DNA of 64,000 nt from NCBI GenBank assembly GCA_016210055.1, contig JACQUZ010000155.1, positions 5,633 through 69,632 of the forward strand. The letters are read 5' to 3'. Both the position numbers and the translations under genes were made by a program. Shown here in pieces: positions 54,897 through 64,000 of the stretch. How positions within the stretch are numbered: the stretch's first letter is position 1; each line of letters starts with the position of its first letter. This DNA is from Deltaproteobacteria bacterium. Its GTDB lineage: Bacteria > Myxococcota_A > Polyangia > Haliangiales > SHYZ01. The notes below the pieces were generated by a model. It searched no databases. It saw only the letters and a list, made by a program, of their open reading frames with translations, and was not told the DNA's origin.

Positions 54897-55874
54897 ATGT
54901 CTCTTGTCGCCGCGCATCCTCGCCCGGCCCCCACTGAGGCAATAGGCGCGCTCCGCCAGGTCGAGGAGAGCATGGGGCACGTCGTTCGTGGGAAGCCCGA
55001 CGCGATTCGATTGGCCCTTTCTGCCCTCTTGGCTAAGGGGCATCTGCTCATCGAAGACGTCCCCGGGGTAGGAAAGACTACCCTCGCTCGCTCTCTCGCC
55101 CGCTGCCTGGGCGGAACATTCAGGCGAATTCAGTTCACGAGCGATCTCCTGCCTTCGGACATCATCGGGGTGTCTGTGTTTGACCAGAAATCCGGGCGCT
55201 TCGAGTTTCGTCCCGGGCCGATCTTTGCGAACGTCGTGCTCGCCGACGAGATCAATCGGACAACTCCACGCACTCAATCATCACTCCTGGAAGCCATGGC
55301 CGAGGGGCAGGTCTCCGTCGACGACAGGACCCACCCCCTCGATCAGCCGTTCTTTGTCATTGCCACCCAGAACCCACAGGAGCATTACGGCACGTATCCC
55401 CTGCCCGAATCGCAGATGGACCGATTCCTCCTGCGAATTCGCCTCGGGTATCCCTCACTCGACGATGAGCGGCGAGTGCTCAGGGAACGCGGCGGTGGGG
55501 ATCCCGTGGATACGCTGCGCCCGGTGCTGCAGCTGGATGTCCTCCGGGGTCTTCAGGGGATGGTTGATCAGGTACGCGTGGACGATCGGCTGCTCGATTA
55601 CGCCATGCAGCTCATTACCCAAAGCCGGAAGAGCCAGCACCTGTCACTCGGGGTTTCCACTCGCGGCGGCATCGCCTGGTACCGCGCTGCGCAGGCCCAC
55701 GCACTCGCCTGCGGGCGGGATTACTGCGTGCCCGACGACTTCAAGACGCTGGCCAGCCCGGTGCTTGCGCACAGGGTCGTCCTGGCGTCGCAGCACGAGT
55801 CCCTTGGCCGCGCCCGCGAGGAAAGTGAGAAGATCATAGGAGATCTGCTCGATCGCGTTGCGGTACCGACCTGA
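54897..55874 (+). CDS. MoxR-family AAA+ ATPase
   Basis: 325 aa. Walker A GVGKTTLA, Walker [10 protein letters not shown], followed by [12 protein letters not shown], the AAA_3 signature. Confidence 0.9.
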   Translation: MSLVAAHPRPAPTEAIGALRQVEESMGHVVRGKPDAIRLALSALLAKGHLLIEDVPGVGKTTLARSLARCLGGTFRRIQFTSDLLPSDIIGVSVFDQKSGRFEFRPGPIFANVVLADEINRTTPRTQSSLLEAMAEGQVSVDDRTHPLDQPFFVIATQNPQEHYGTYPLPESQMDRFLLRIRLGYPSLDDERRVLRERGGGDPVDTLRPVLQLDVLRGLQGMVDQVRVDDRLLDYAMQLITQSRKSQHLSLGVSTRGGIAWYRAAQAHALACGRDYCVPDDFKTLASPVLAHRVVLASQHESLGRAREESEKIIGDLLDRVAVPT

Positions 55875-55923
55875 GCCCCACCCCCATGTTCGTGCCATGC
55901 CAGGTACAGAGCGTCGAGTGGGC

Positions 55924-57060
55924 ATGCAAGCGCTGAAGAAGTGGTTCCGGCCACCGCGACGCCTCAAGATCATGAGGGAGGGCAAGTACTTCATTGCCAT
56001 TACCATTGGCATCGGCTTTGCGGCGATTAACACCGGGAACAACTTGCTCTACCTGATTCTCGGCTGGCTTCTCTCGGTCATTATCGCGTCCGGCATCATG
56101 AGCGAGCAGGTGCTCCGTGGGCTGCGGGTGTCCCGAGTGCCTCCTGCATCCCGCTATGCCGGGCGCCCATTCCTCATGGGCATTACGCTCAAGAACGAGA
56201 AGCGCCGAATTCCGTCCTTCTCGATCGAGGTGGAGGATCTTATCGACGAAAAGCCGCTCGACAAGAAGTGCTTCTTCTTGAAAATTCCGCCGGGACGCGC
56301 CCAATCCACAAGCTACCGCCACGCGTTCTCACGACGCGGACTCTATCGTTTTCAAGGGTTCCGCCTGTCGACCAAGTTCCCGTTCGCGCTCTTTCGCAAG
56401 TCCAGGGATATCGACCTGCCGGGTGAAATCATCGTGTATCCAGAGATCTACCCGCTCCCCACCCCTGCCCCTGCGGCGACACATGGCGGCGACGAGGAGC
56501 GAGCCCGGCTGGGCCGCCGGGGCGAGTTCTTCGGGCTCCGTGACCTCCGGCAGGGAGACGATCGCCGCGACGTGCACTGGCGTTCGACCGCACGAATTGG
56601 CCGGATGATGGTGCGCGAGTACGAGGAGGAGTCACACCGCCGGGCTACCGTTTTCCTCGACAACGGTCTCCCAGAGAACGCCTCCCATGAGGATCGCGAG
56701 GCGCTCGAACGGGCGATCAGCCTGGCTGCATCTCTAGCCAAGTGCTTCCTCGAGCAGCAGTACGCAGTTCGCTTGGTTACCCGTGGCGGGCAAGTCCCAT
56801 CAGCATTAGGGCCAACTCACTTGGTCAGAATCCTGCGCACCTTGGCACTGCTCGAGTCCACGCCCCTTGGCACGCCTTTCGCCGGCACACCCGACCGAGG
56901 GGCAGACAACACGCTCGTCGTCCGGCACGGGCAGGCACCTTCCGCCTCACCCATGGGGATGAGCCGGGTTCTGGTCGCCCCGAGCCCGACCGAAAAACGT
57001 GCGAGGCCACCGTCAATTGAAACCAAGCTCCCGGCGAGCGGGATTGTCATGGTCGGCTAA
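55924..57060 (+). CDS. DUF58 domain protein
   Basis: The start is moved to ATG 55924 (MQALKKWF...). It has two N-terminal TM helices and the DUF58 motif FGLRDLRQGDDRRDVHWRSTAR. Confidence 0.85.
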   Translation: MQALKKWFRPPRRLKIMREGKYFIAITIGIGFAAINTGNNLLYLILGWLLSVIIASGIMSEQVLRGLRVSRVPPASRYAGRPFLMGITLKNEKRRIPSFSIEVEDLIDEKPLDKKCFFLKIPPGRAQSTSYRHAFSRRGLYRFQGFRLSTKFPFALFRKSRDIDLPGEIIVYPEIYPLPTPAPAATHGGDEERARLGRRGEFFGLRDLRQGDDRRDVHWRSTARIGRMMVREYEEESHRRATVFLDNGLPENASHEDREALERAISLAASLAKCFLEQQYAVRLVTRGGQVPSALGPTHLVRILRTLALLESTPLGTPFAGTPDRGADNTLVVRHGQAPSASPMGMSRVLVAPSPTEKRARPPSIETKLPASGIVMVG

Positions 57061-59300
57061 TGCGATTCCGTGACATTCACAAGCTCTCGAGTTACTTGAT
57101 GGTGATTGCCGCCTATGCCGCCGTCGCATTTTCCGACGAGCTCGGGACGTTGACGGTCGCTCTTGGAGTCGTCGGAATCGCCATTAGCTGGTTTTGGGAG
57201 CCGCCCCGTGTTCGGCCAGACCGCTGGACGATTGCGTGGAACATCGCGGCCATCTTCGCCCTCGTCTATACCTTCCTGTCGGTGATTGGGGGCGGAGGTG
57301 TCGTCGACTCCTTTGCCCGTTTCTTGGTTTTCCTACTGGTCGCCAAGCTCTTCTCCCGCGTGACGTCGAGGGATTACCTCTGGTGCTACGTGCTGGCCTT
57401 TAGTCTCCTCACCGCGGGGAGCGCGCTAAATGGCGACTTGAGCTACGCCCTCTGCTTCCTGGCGTTTGTCGTTTTCGCGACCTGGGCGCTCATCCTGTTC
57501 CACCTGCGCCGGGAGATGGACGAGAACTACCTCCTCAAGCATGCAGACGACGCGAGCTCCGAAAAGGTCGAGGTAGAGCGCATCCTCCTCTCGCGGCGCA
57601 TCGTGGGTCCAGCTTTCTTGGTAACCACTTCGACGGTTTCTCTCGCGATCTTCTTGGGCGCTTCGCTCATGTTCTTCCTGTTTCCGCGTGTCGGTTTCGG
57701 CCTCTTCTTTCAGAAGTCCCGCTCGGGCCTGTCGATGGCGGGCTTCTCCGATGGAGTGAGCCTCGGTGGTCACGGCGTCATCCGCGACGACCCACGAGTG
57801 GTCATGCGGGTTACGATGGGTGACAAGCCAGACCAGGGAAAGTTCGTTCCTCCGCTCCATTGGAGGGGCGTAGCATTCGATTACTATGAGGGCGGGCAAT
57901 GGTCTCGGTCACCGGCGGGACATCCGACGAGGTTCGTGGAGCACCGCACGGGGACTGGCAAGTCGATTTTCATCTCCATGAACGACCGTGAACCCGATCC
58001 CAAGCAAGCCAAGCGTGGGCTTAGGCAAGAGATATACCTCGAGCCCATTGACACCACGGTGCTTTTCGGCGCATCGATGCCCGTGCGAATGGATCTCGAC
58101 CTGCCGCGATTCGGTGGGCGAATGAGCCGACCGGGTTGGGGATTGAATGGCGAGATCCGGTTTCCGCACTCCGCCGGAATCAAGTATGTCGTCACCTCGG
58201 ATGTGAACTTGCCGAAGGAAGATCTCCTCAATCAGTCCCCGAGCACGCCCCCCGGGAAGATGACCCCATACCTGCAACTGCCGAGGGAGCTCCCTCCACG
58301 CGTCATCCAGCTCGCGAGGTCAATTACCGAAAAGGCAACCACTCCGTTCGAAAGAGCAATGGCCATTAAGAGGTTCCTGCTCGCCAATTACAGGTACACG
58401 CTCAAGCTCCACGACGAGGCGGGGCGAGAGCCGGTCGATGACTTCCTCTTCGAGCGAAAAATGGGCCATTGCGAGTACTTCTCGACTGCGATGGCGATTC
58501 TTCTTCGGGCAGTGGGTATTCCTTCCCGCAACGTGAACGGTTTCTACGGCGGCGAATGGAACGAGTACGGCAATTACGTTGCCGTCCGCAGCGGGGACGC
58601 GCACTCCTGGGTGGAGGCTTGGTTCGAAGGCGTTGGCTGGGTCACGCTCGATCCAACGCCACCGGGGGCGGTCTCACCTTTTGGGCGACGCGGCGACTCC
58701 ATCCTGGACGAGATGCGCCGCATGGTCGACACCCTTCGCCTGCAGTGGTTCAAGTGGATCATCGAGTACGACTTGGCGCGCCAGGTGGGGATGTTCAAGA
58801 AGGCGGCAGAGTGGCTGACTCCATCAAAGGGGGGTGGACGAAGGGGTGCGGCCACGGTTGGTGGTTTTCTCAATCAGCACAAGCGCACGCTATCCTTGGT
58901 CCTCGTCGGTGGTGCAGTCCTCGCCGTCGGGGGGACCATTCTGTGGCGTCGCCGCGACATGCGGCTTTCTCTGCGACTCGGCAGTGGGCGGGCGCGGGTC
59001 CATCCCGTGACGGCGTTGTATCTTAGGACGGCCGCATTTCTTGCTCGCCGGGGGTACAGGCGGCCCGAAGGTCGGACCCCGAGAGAGCATGCGGCCAAGC
59101 TATGCGAAAAGGGGATTCCTGGTGCGGTGGACTTTGCAGCGCTGACCGAGATGTATTACGCGGCGCGCTTTGGCGAAGGCGCTGCCCTGGCACGTGCGGT
59201 GAAGGTCGAAGAGGCTCGCCGCCTGGCCGAAGTGGTTCGGAAGGCCATCCGCCGTCCCCGCGCAGCGGGCGAGCCGATGGTCAATCGCGCCACCCACTGA
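57060..59300 (+). CDS. Transglutaminase-like membrane protein (TgpA-like: DUF3488 + transglutaminase core + DUF4129-like tail)
   Basis: 746 aa. N-terminal polytopic region, Cys-His-Asp core (KMGHCEYFSTAMAILLRAVGIPSR; GDAHSWVEAWF; VTLDPT), and a C-terminal TM followed by an Arg-rich helix. The TAATG overlaps the DUF58 stop. Confidence 0.85.
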   Translation: MRFRDIHKLSSYLMVIAAYAAVAFSDELGTLTVALGVVGIAISWFWEPPRVRPDRWTIAWNIAAIFALVYTFLSVIGGGGVVDSFARFLVFLLVAKLFSRVTSRDYLWCYVLAFSLLTAGSALNGDLSYALCFLAFVVFATWALILFHLRREMDENYLLKHADDASSEKVEVERILLSRRIVGPAFLVTTSTVSLAIFLGASLMFFLFPRVGFGLFFQKSRSGLSMAGFSDGVSLGGHGVIRDDPRVVMRVTMGDKPDQGKFVPPLHWRGVAFDYYEGGQWSRSPAGHPTRFVEHRTGTGKSIFISMNDREPDPKQAKRGLRQEIYLEPIDTTVLFGASMPVRMDLDLPRFGGRMSRPGWGLNGEIRFPHSAGIKYVVTSDVNLPKEDLLNQSPSTPPGKMTPYLQLPRELPPRVIQLARSITEKATTPFERAMAIKRFLLANYRYTLKLHDEAGREPVDDFLFERKMGHCEYFSTAMAILLRAVGIPSRNVNGFYGGEWNEYGNYVAVRSGDAHSWVEAWFEGVGWVTLDPTPPGAVSPFGRRGDSILDEMRRMVDTLRLQWFKWIIEYDLARQVGMFKKAAEWLTPSKGGGRRGAATVGGFLNQHKRTLSLVLVGGAVLAVGGTILWRRRDMRLSLRLGSGRARVHPVTALYLRTAAFLARRGYRRPEGRTPREHAAKLCEKGIPGAVDFAALTEMYYAARFGEGAALARAVKVEEARRLAEVVRKAIRRPRAAGEPMVNRATH

Positions 59301-59456
59301 GACCGTTGACCTCCTTGCCAAAAAGTCACTCGCACGAGACGGGAACTGCCACCCTGTCACGACATTGCCGCCAGGTGATTGGGCGTGCTAGTAGTTATCG
59401 CTAAGTCAAGCCGCCTGGCGCTGCCAGGCATCCTCCTTGCAGGCAAGGGTCTCGAC

Positions 59457-61376
59457 ATGCGTAGATGGGTATCGATATTTCTCGCCTTGGTTTTCTCTGC
59501 TCCTCTTTCGCCGGGGGTGGCGTGGGCGGTGGAGAACGCTGCGACCATTAAGATTGGGGAGTTGAAGGACGGCAAATTCACGGAGTTCACCAATCAAACC
59601 CAACTGGATGAGTTCTTTAATCGGGCGAATTGCCTATGTGCCACAAAGCAAGTGGCGCTGGAAATCGAAGCCACAAGCGACCTGCCGACAGATGTCGATG
59701 ATGGAGCCAGCGTTGTCCTCTGGGCGGGAACCGAATGCAACAAGGCCTCTAATGAAGTAGATCGAAAGAAGACCTGCCGGAAGCTTGGCATTGAGTTGTT
59801 TACCGTTGGCGAGCTAAGGAAAGCAAAGGTCACGAAGTCAGTCACGGTTGGCCCACTTGTACAGCGCCCCGAAGATGAGGTTCTGGACTGCAGTGGACAA
59901 AGAGACCTAGCGGTCTTTGCTCTTATCGACACTGGCGGTGACGCGACGCCTGAGCACTTCGGGCAGTCCGCCAAGGTCGGATACGATGGCGATCCGCCAA
60001 CCCAGCCTAGCTCGACCACGGCTGAAGCCGGTAGTTCCAGCATCACGGTTTCAGGAAGTAGCGTCGCGACGACTTCGGACATCTTTATCCAGGTGCTTTG
60101 CGCGAAGGCCGACGGTACTTCAGTCTTCACCGATAATAAGACGGACGCGAAGTACGAGCTAAGCGAGCAGACCTGCCAAGTCAAAGACGAGAAGCTCACG
60201 CTCCCACTCTCCTGCACCAAAGAAGACGCGGCTGTATCGGGTGGCACGAATGGGGATGCGGGGGTCACTGGTGTAAAGAAGCTCAACGAGCTCGACAAGG
60301 ACTTTGTCTGCAGCGAACGAACACAAGGCACCACCGCGACGATCAACCTCCAAGGCTTGGACCTAGACCCCAACGAGAAAATCCTCATTCGCGCTATTTA
60401 TACTGACGCTGCACTCAACACCGTGGCCTCCTGCGTGAGCGCCGTGCAGCTCACGCCATCGAGCGGCTTCTGGGGCGAATACCAAAAGGACGGCGGCCTG
60501 GCTGAGGAAGGCTGCTCCTTGGCCCCGCCAAGGCGTGCGCGTGGGCGCTCCCTCCTCGGAGTCCTTGCGCTCTTTGCGGTCACGGGCGTCGCATGGCTCG
60601 CGCGCAGGCGGCGGCTCAAGGCGAGGCACATCGTTCCGTTTCTCCTCGCAGGGCTCGCCGCCAGCACCACGAGCACTGCCCGCGCCCAGGTATTCATTGA
60701 AGAGGGATATCCCGCCGCAGAGCAGGCCCGTGTTTCCACCTCGGTATTCGAGGTGAAGCTCGGACCCTACTTCCCCGACGTCGACAAGGAAGACGCGCTG
60801 GTCCGCGCAGGAAAGACCCCGTACGAGACGTTCTTTGGCGACGACTCCTCCCTGATGACCCAAATCGAATACGACCGGTTCTTCCTCTGGCCCGCTGGAC
60901 AGCTCGGGATAGGGCTAGGCGCCGGTTACATGCAAGAATCCGGGGACAACTGCAAGCTCGTCGGTGGCGTCAGCAACTGCTCCCAGCGCGTCACGGCCGA
61001 CGAAACGATCTTCCACCTGATTCCCCTGCACCTGTCCGCGGTGTACAGGTTCACGTACCTCGCAGATAGACGCTTTTTCCCCGTGGCGCCTTACGGAAAA
61101 ATCGGCTTGTCCTACTACATCTGGCTGATCCGCGACGAAGCTGCAGGAGGAGACGCCGAAGGTGCCACCCTCGGCTGGCAGTGGTCCCTCGGCCTCACCC
61201 TCCGCGCCGACGACCTCGACCCCGGGGCGACGCGAAACCTACGCAACGACTTTGGCGTGGAGCATGCCGGCTTCTTTGCGGAAATGACCAAGGCTACCGT
61301 CGACGGCCTAGGTCAGGAGCGCAAGCTCTCCGTCGGCGATTTCACCTGGTCCGCGGGCGTCAACTTCGAGTTTTAG
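59457..61376 (+). CDS. Composite ORF: secreted Cys-containing domain with an internal MYXO-CTERM-like motif, fused in frame to a beta-barrel-like C-terminal domain
   Basis: The start is set at MRRWVSIFLALVFSAPLSPGVAWA, a signal peptide. The internal segment EEGCSLAPPRRARGRSLLGVLALFAVTGVAWLARRRR has a GC motif, a TM helix and an Arg cluster. It is immediately followed by LKARHIVPFLLAGLAASTTSTARAQ, which looks like a signal peptide. After that comes a domain with alternating strands ending in ...SAGVNFEF. Confidence 0.65.
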   Translation: MRRWVSIFLALVFSAPLSPGVAWAVENAATIKIGELKDGKFTEFTNQTQLDEFFNRANCLCATKQVALEIEATSDLPTDVDDGASVVLWAGTECNKASNEVDRKKTCRKLGIELFTVGELRKAKVTKSVTVGPLVQRPEDEVLDCSGQRDLAVFALIDTGGDATPEHFGQSAKVGYDGDPPTQPSSTTAEAGSSSITVSGSSVATTSDIFIQVLCAKADGTSVFTDNKTDAKYELSEQTCQVKDEKLTLPLSCTKEDAAVSGGTNGDAGVTGVKKLNELDKDFVCSERTQGTTATINLQGLDLDPNEKILIRAIYTDAALNTVASCVSAVQLTPSSGFWGEYQKDGGLAEEGCSLAPPRRARGRSLLGVLALFAVTGVAWLARRRRLKARHIVPFLLAGLAASTTSTARAQVFIEEGYPAAEQARVSTSVFEVKLGPYFPDVDKEDALVRAGKTPYETFFGDDSSLMTQIEYDRFFLWPAGQLGIGLGAGYMQESGDNCKLVGGVSNCSQRVTADETIFHLIPLHLSAVYRFTYLADRRFFPVAPYGKIGLSYYIWLIRDEAAGGDAEGATLGWQWSLGLTLRADDLDPGATRNLRNDFGVEHAGFFAEMTKATVDGLGQERKLSVGDFTWSAGVNFEF

Positions 61377-61438
61377 CCTGGCTCCAAGCGAACGCCCCGC
61401 TTCGCCTCCAACGTCCACCACTGCTAGACTTCTCCGCC

Positions 61439-62191
61439 TTGACGCAACCCCAACGCAACCTGAAGCTCACCCTCGAGTACCTCGGCACCGACTTCGCGGG
61501 CTGGCAGAGACAACTGCCCCGGTTTCGCACGGTCCAGCAGGTCCTTGAGGAAGCCATCGAGAAGATGACCCGCGAAAAAGTATTCGTCCGTGGTGCAGGA
61601 CGCACGGACGCGGGGGTTCATGCCAAGGGACAGGTCGCTAATTTTCGCTCCACATCTGCGATCCCCCTGATCGGGTTCCTTCGCGGCCTCAACGGCACGT
61701 TGCCACCCGACGTCTCGGTCGTGAGCGTTGACGAGGCGGACCCTGCGTTCGATGCACTTCGCTACGCCAAGGGGAAGCACTACACGTACCGCATTTGGAA
61801 CCGAGAAGCGCGCGCGCCGCTCCGCGCGAGCACGAGCTGGCACGTGTATCGCCACCTCGACTTCGAGGCCATGAAGGAAGCGGCGCGCCACCTCGCCGGA
61901 GAGCATGACTTTACGTCGTTCCGCGCCGCCGACTGTGATCGAAGAAACCCGGTGCGCCAAATGCGCCGGATCGAGGTGTCCACGCCCGAACCTCACCTCA
62001 TCGCCATCGACCTCGAATCCACAGGGTTTCTCAAGCACATGGTCCGCGTCATCGCGGGCACCCTCTTCGAAGTTGGCGCCGGGTTCCGCAGATCGGACGA
62101 AATCCCAACGATCCTCGCGGCCCGAGACCGTACCCGAGCCGGACGCACAGCCCCTTCCTCAGGGCTGACCCTCGAGAAGGTCTTCTACTAG
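61439..62191 (+). CDS. truA: tRNA pseudouridine(38-40) synthase
   Basis: LKLTLEYLGTDFAGWQRQ, catalytic Asp context GAGRTDAGVHAKGQV, and FLKHMVR. There is no in-frame ATG near the conserved N-terminus, so a TTG start at 61439 is proposed. The start is uncertain. Confidence 0.8.
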   Translation: MTQPQRNLKLTLEYLGTDFAGWQRQLPRFRTVQQVLEEAIEKMTREKVFVRGAGRTDAGVHAKGQVANFRSTSAIPLIGFLRGLNGTLPPDVSVVSVDEADPAFDALRYAKGKHYTYRIWNREARAPLRASTSWHVYRHLDFEAMKEAARHLAGEHDFTSFRAADCDRRNPVRQMRRIEVSTPEPHLIAIDLESTGFLKHMVRVIAGTLFEVGAGFRRSDEIPTILAARDRTRAGRTAPSSGLTLEKVFY

Positions 62192-62351
62192 CCCGGAACG
62201 CCCTCCATGATCGCGCACCGTGTCAAGCGCCATCACCCCCATCACCCATGTGCGTTCCTGGCACATCACTAAGCCTCTTCGATGTGATTCTGCGCACCGA
62301 GGCCGCTTCTCCAGAGGGCCCCTGGAACGGGGCGTGCTAAAATCTAACAGG

Positions 62352-63098
62352 ATGGACGTGCGCAGGGCAGCCTTTGTCCTCCCCAACCTGTTCACGCTCA
62401 GCAGTCTATTCTGCGGCTTTTTTTCTATCGCGCAGAGCTTCGGAGCGGGCAGCACGGATGAGCTCCATGCAGCGGCTATAGCCATCCTCTACGGGGCGTT
62501 TTTTGACGCCTTTGACGGTCGAGTCGCGCGGCTCACGAGGACTCAAACGGCTCTCGGACTCGAGCTCGATTCGTTGTGCGACGTGGTGACGTTCGGTGTC
62601 GCCCCTGCGTCCCTCGTGTACAACTGGGGACTCGAGCGCCTTGGTCTCGTCGGCATGTTGATCAGTTTCGTTTGGATCGCCGCCGGTGCGCTCCGGCTGG
62701 CACGATTCAACGTCCTCGCCCAGCGCGCCGAAGCCAAGCCTGGCAAGTACATCGTCGGTCTTCCCATTCCGATGGCAGCGATGGTAATCGTGGCCCTGGT
62801 CGTTCTGGCGAACCAGGTGGGCGGCGAGCGCTACATCCTGGGGCAGGGAAGCCTCGCGCTCGTCGTGCTCGGGTTGTCGTTCCTGATGGTCAGTCGGATC
62901 CGGTTTCGCTCCTTCAAGGATGTGAAATGGCGCAGCCGAAAGACCCTTGGGTTGATCTTGCTCCTGGGAGTGAGCAGCACAGCGGTATGGGTCGGACTGC
63001 GTGGCGCACACGTGTTCCTGTTCCTGCTCGCGATCTACATCAGTCTCGGGATCGCGGAAACGCTCTTGTGGAGGCATGGAGACAACGTGAACCGCTAA
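62352..63098 (+). CDS. pssA: CDP-diacylglycerol--serine O-phosphatidyltransferase (CDP-alcohol phosphatidyltransferase family)
   Basis: The start is moved to ATG 62352 (MDVRRAAFVLPNLFTL). The CDP-alcohol motif D-x2-DG-x2-AR-x8-G-x3-D-x3-D is present as DAFDGRVARLTRTQTALGLELDSLCD. Confidence 0.85.
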   Translation: MDVRRAAFVLPNLFTLSSLFCGFFSIAQSFGAGSTDELHAAAIAILYGAFFDAFDGRVARLTRTQTALGLELDSLCDVVTFGVAPASLVYNWGLERLGLVGMLISFVWIAAGALRLARFNVLAQRAEAKPGKYIVGLPIPMAAMVIVALVVLANQVGGERYILGQGSLALVVLGLSFLMVSRIRFRSFKDVKWRSRKTLGLILLLGVSSTAVWVGLRGAHVFLFLLAIYISLGIAETLLWRHGDNVNR

Positions 63099-63108
63099 GG
63101 AGAGTAAA

Positions 63109-63711
63109 GTGGGACCTGAAGCGGCAAAGGCACGATTCCTGGAGGAAGAACGGAAGCTCGTCGAGCGGGCTCGCCATGGGGACCTTGGCGCCTTCCGAGC
63201 GTTGTTCGAACGCCACGCGGATGCGCTGTTTTGTGGCGTGGTTCTCCCACGGCTCGGAAACGCCACGGCCGCAGGGGAGGTCTTGCGCGAAACGTTCGTC
63301 TCGGTAGTGCACGAAATCCACGAGCTTCGCGAAGACCAGGGTCTATACGCATGGATGCGCGACCTTGCGCTCAAGAAGGTGATCGATATCCACCGGCAGG
63401 CCCGACGCGCCGGCAAGCTGGTCGAGGCGCTCGCGGCGGAGCTCTCCGGCGGATCGCCCGGCGAGGAAACTGAAAGTCAGGCGCTCATGGCTGAGGAGCG
63501 CAGGCGGAACATCGCCCGCGTCGAAGCCACTCTCGCAGGCTTGCCCCCCCGAGACCAGGAAGTCATCAGGATGCGCCTCCGGGGCGGCCTCCCGAGAGAG
63601 GAGTGCGCGCGCAGGCTCTCGATGACGCTCTTGGGGTTCGACGTGGCCTTGACCCGCGCGCTTAAGCGGTTTCGAAATGAATTCGGCGGCTTCGAGAAAC
63701 ACGAGGGGTAA
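63109..63711 (+). CDS. ECF-type RNA polymerase sigma-70 family factor
   Basis: 200 aa with a GTG start preceded by AAGGAGAG. Region 2-like segment (LVERARHGDLGAFRALFERHADAL...) and region 4 HTH (EVIRMRLRGGLPREECARRLSMTL). Confidence 0.85.
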   Translation: MGPEAAKARFLEEERKLVERARHGDLGAFRALFERHADALFCGVVLPRLGNATAAGEVLRETFVSVVHEIHELREDQGLYAWMRDLALKKVIDIHRQARRAGKLVEALAAELSGGSPGEETESQALMAEERRRNIARVEATLAGLPPRDQEVIRMRLRGGLPREECARRLSMTLLGFDVALTRALKRFRNEFGGFEKHEG

Positions 63712-63719
63712 GGCTCCAC

Positions 63720-64000
63720 ATGATCCAATCCGATGACGATCCAGAAAGTGCCGGTGAGAGCGAGAGAGCCCGCGCGCAATCGCTTTCGCGCCTCGTCGAC
63801 GCCATGACCGCCGGGGAATCCCCCCCTCCAGCCCTCGAGGCAGAAGATCGGGCGCTCCTAGAGACAGCCACGGAAATCCACGCAGCGGGTCACGCCACCC
63901 TCGACGCATCCAGGCGGGACCGCGTCATCGATTCAGCCCTCGCCGTGCCGGTCGATGAGCCCGTGGGCAACCTTGCGGTGCTCCCTCTGCTCGTCAAGCA
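63720..64000 (+). CDS. Partial ORF (5' end only), possible anti-sigma factor
   Basis: The ATG lies 9 nt after the sigma factor stop, and the frame stays open to the window edge (MIQSDDDPESAGESERARAQSLSRLVDAMTAGE...). The function is inferred only from its position after an ECF sigma gene. Confidence 0.4.
   Translation, partial: MIQSDDDPESAGESERARAQSLSRLVDAMTAGESPPPALEAEDRALLETATEIHAAGHATLDASRRDRVIDSALAVPVDEPVGNLAVLPLLVK

Noticed and set aside
57060-59300. Transglutaminase-core protein as the missing lasso-peptide B2 protease for the upstream PqqD/kinase genes
   Set aside because: Its size, its DUF3488-type polytopic N-terminus and its tight coupling to MoxR and DUF58 mark it as a standard TgpA-like module protein. 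It is not a roughly 150-aa lasso B2 protease, and no lasso cyclase is present.

Overview
High-GC bacterial chromosomal segment, probably from a myxobacterium (Myxococcota). That assignment is an inference from a MYXO-CTERM-like sorting motif, DUF4912+GH57 and MoxR-DUF58-TgpA modules, and very GC-rich codon usage. I did no homology search; all calls rest on motifs read in the supplied translations and on gene order. Most of the window is densely packed housekeeping DNA. It includes tRNA-Glu and tRNA-Lys, PilZ-zapA-(6S RNA candidate)-5-FCL-rny-tyrS, ribF, GH57, an S1-domain protein, dapA-dapB, murQ-anmK, rho, rpmE-DUF1385-prfA, ctaA-ctaB with an ABC transporter, DUF420 and SCO1, thiol-disulfide oxidoreductases, TetR-etfBA, truA, pssA and an ECF sigma factor. 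Many gene pairs are linked by 4-nt ATGA/GTGA or TTGA stop-start overlaps. Three accessory-looking stretches stand out. (1) 1.1-9.6 kb, minus strand: a three-domain fusion enzyme (acyl-adenylate ligase + class-III aminotransferase + acyl-ACP-reductase-like domain), coupled to a BtaA-like DUF3419 protein and a GNAT-like protein. It is followed by a double-glycine-leader, Cys-rich peptide gene and a lipoprotein, and faces a divergent SAM methyltransferase. (2) 47.7-54.8 kb, plus strand: an HprK-related kinase, a PqqD-family protein, a radical SAM/SPASM enzyme, a 1362-aa Ig-repeat/FG-GAP lipoprotein, a 55-aa peptide whose SD-preceded start at 54244 lies inside ORF-track entry 54187..54411 (which begins at an upstream ATG), and a minimal S26-type peptidase. 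This is my best candidate for an undescribed peptide-modification system. (3) 54.9-61.4 kb: a MoxR-DUF58-transglutaminase module, followed by an ORF that fuses a MYXO-CTERM-like protein in frame to a beta-barrel-like domain. No CRISPR array, rRNA, transposase or integrase was seen. Long antisense ORFs in the track are GC-shadow artefacts.
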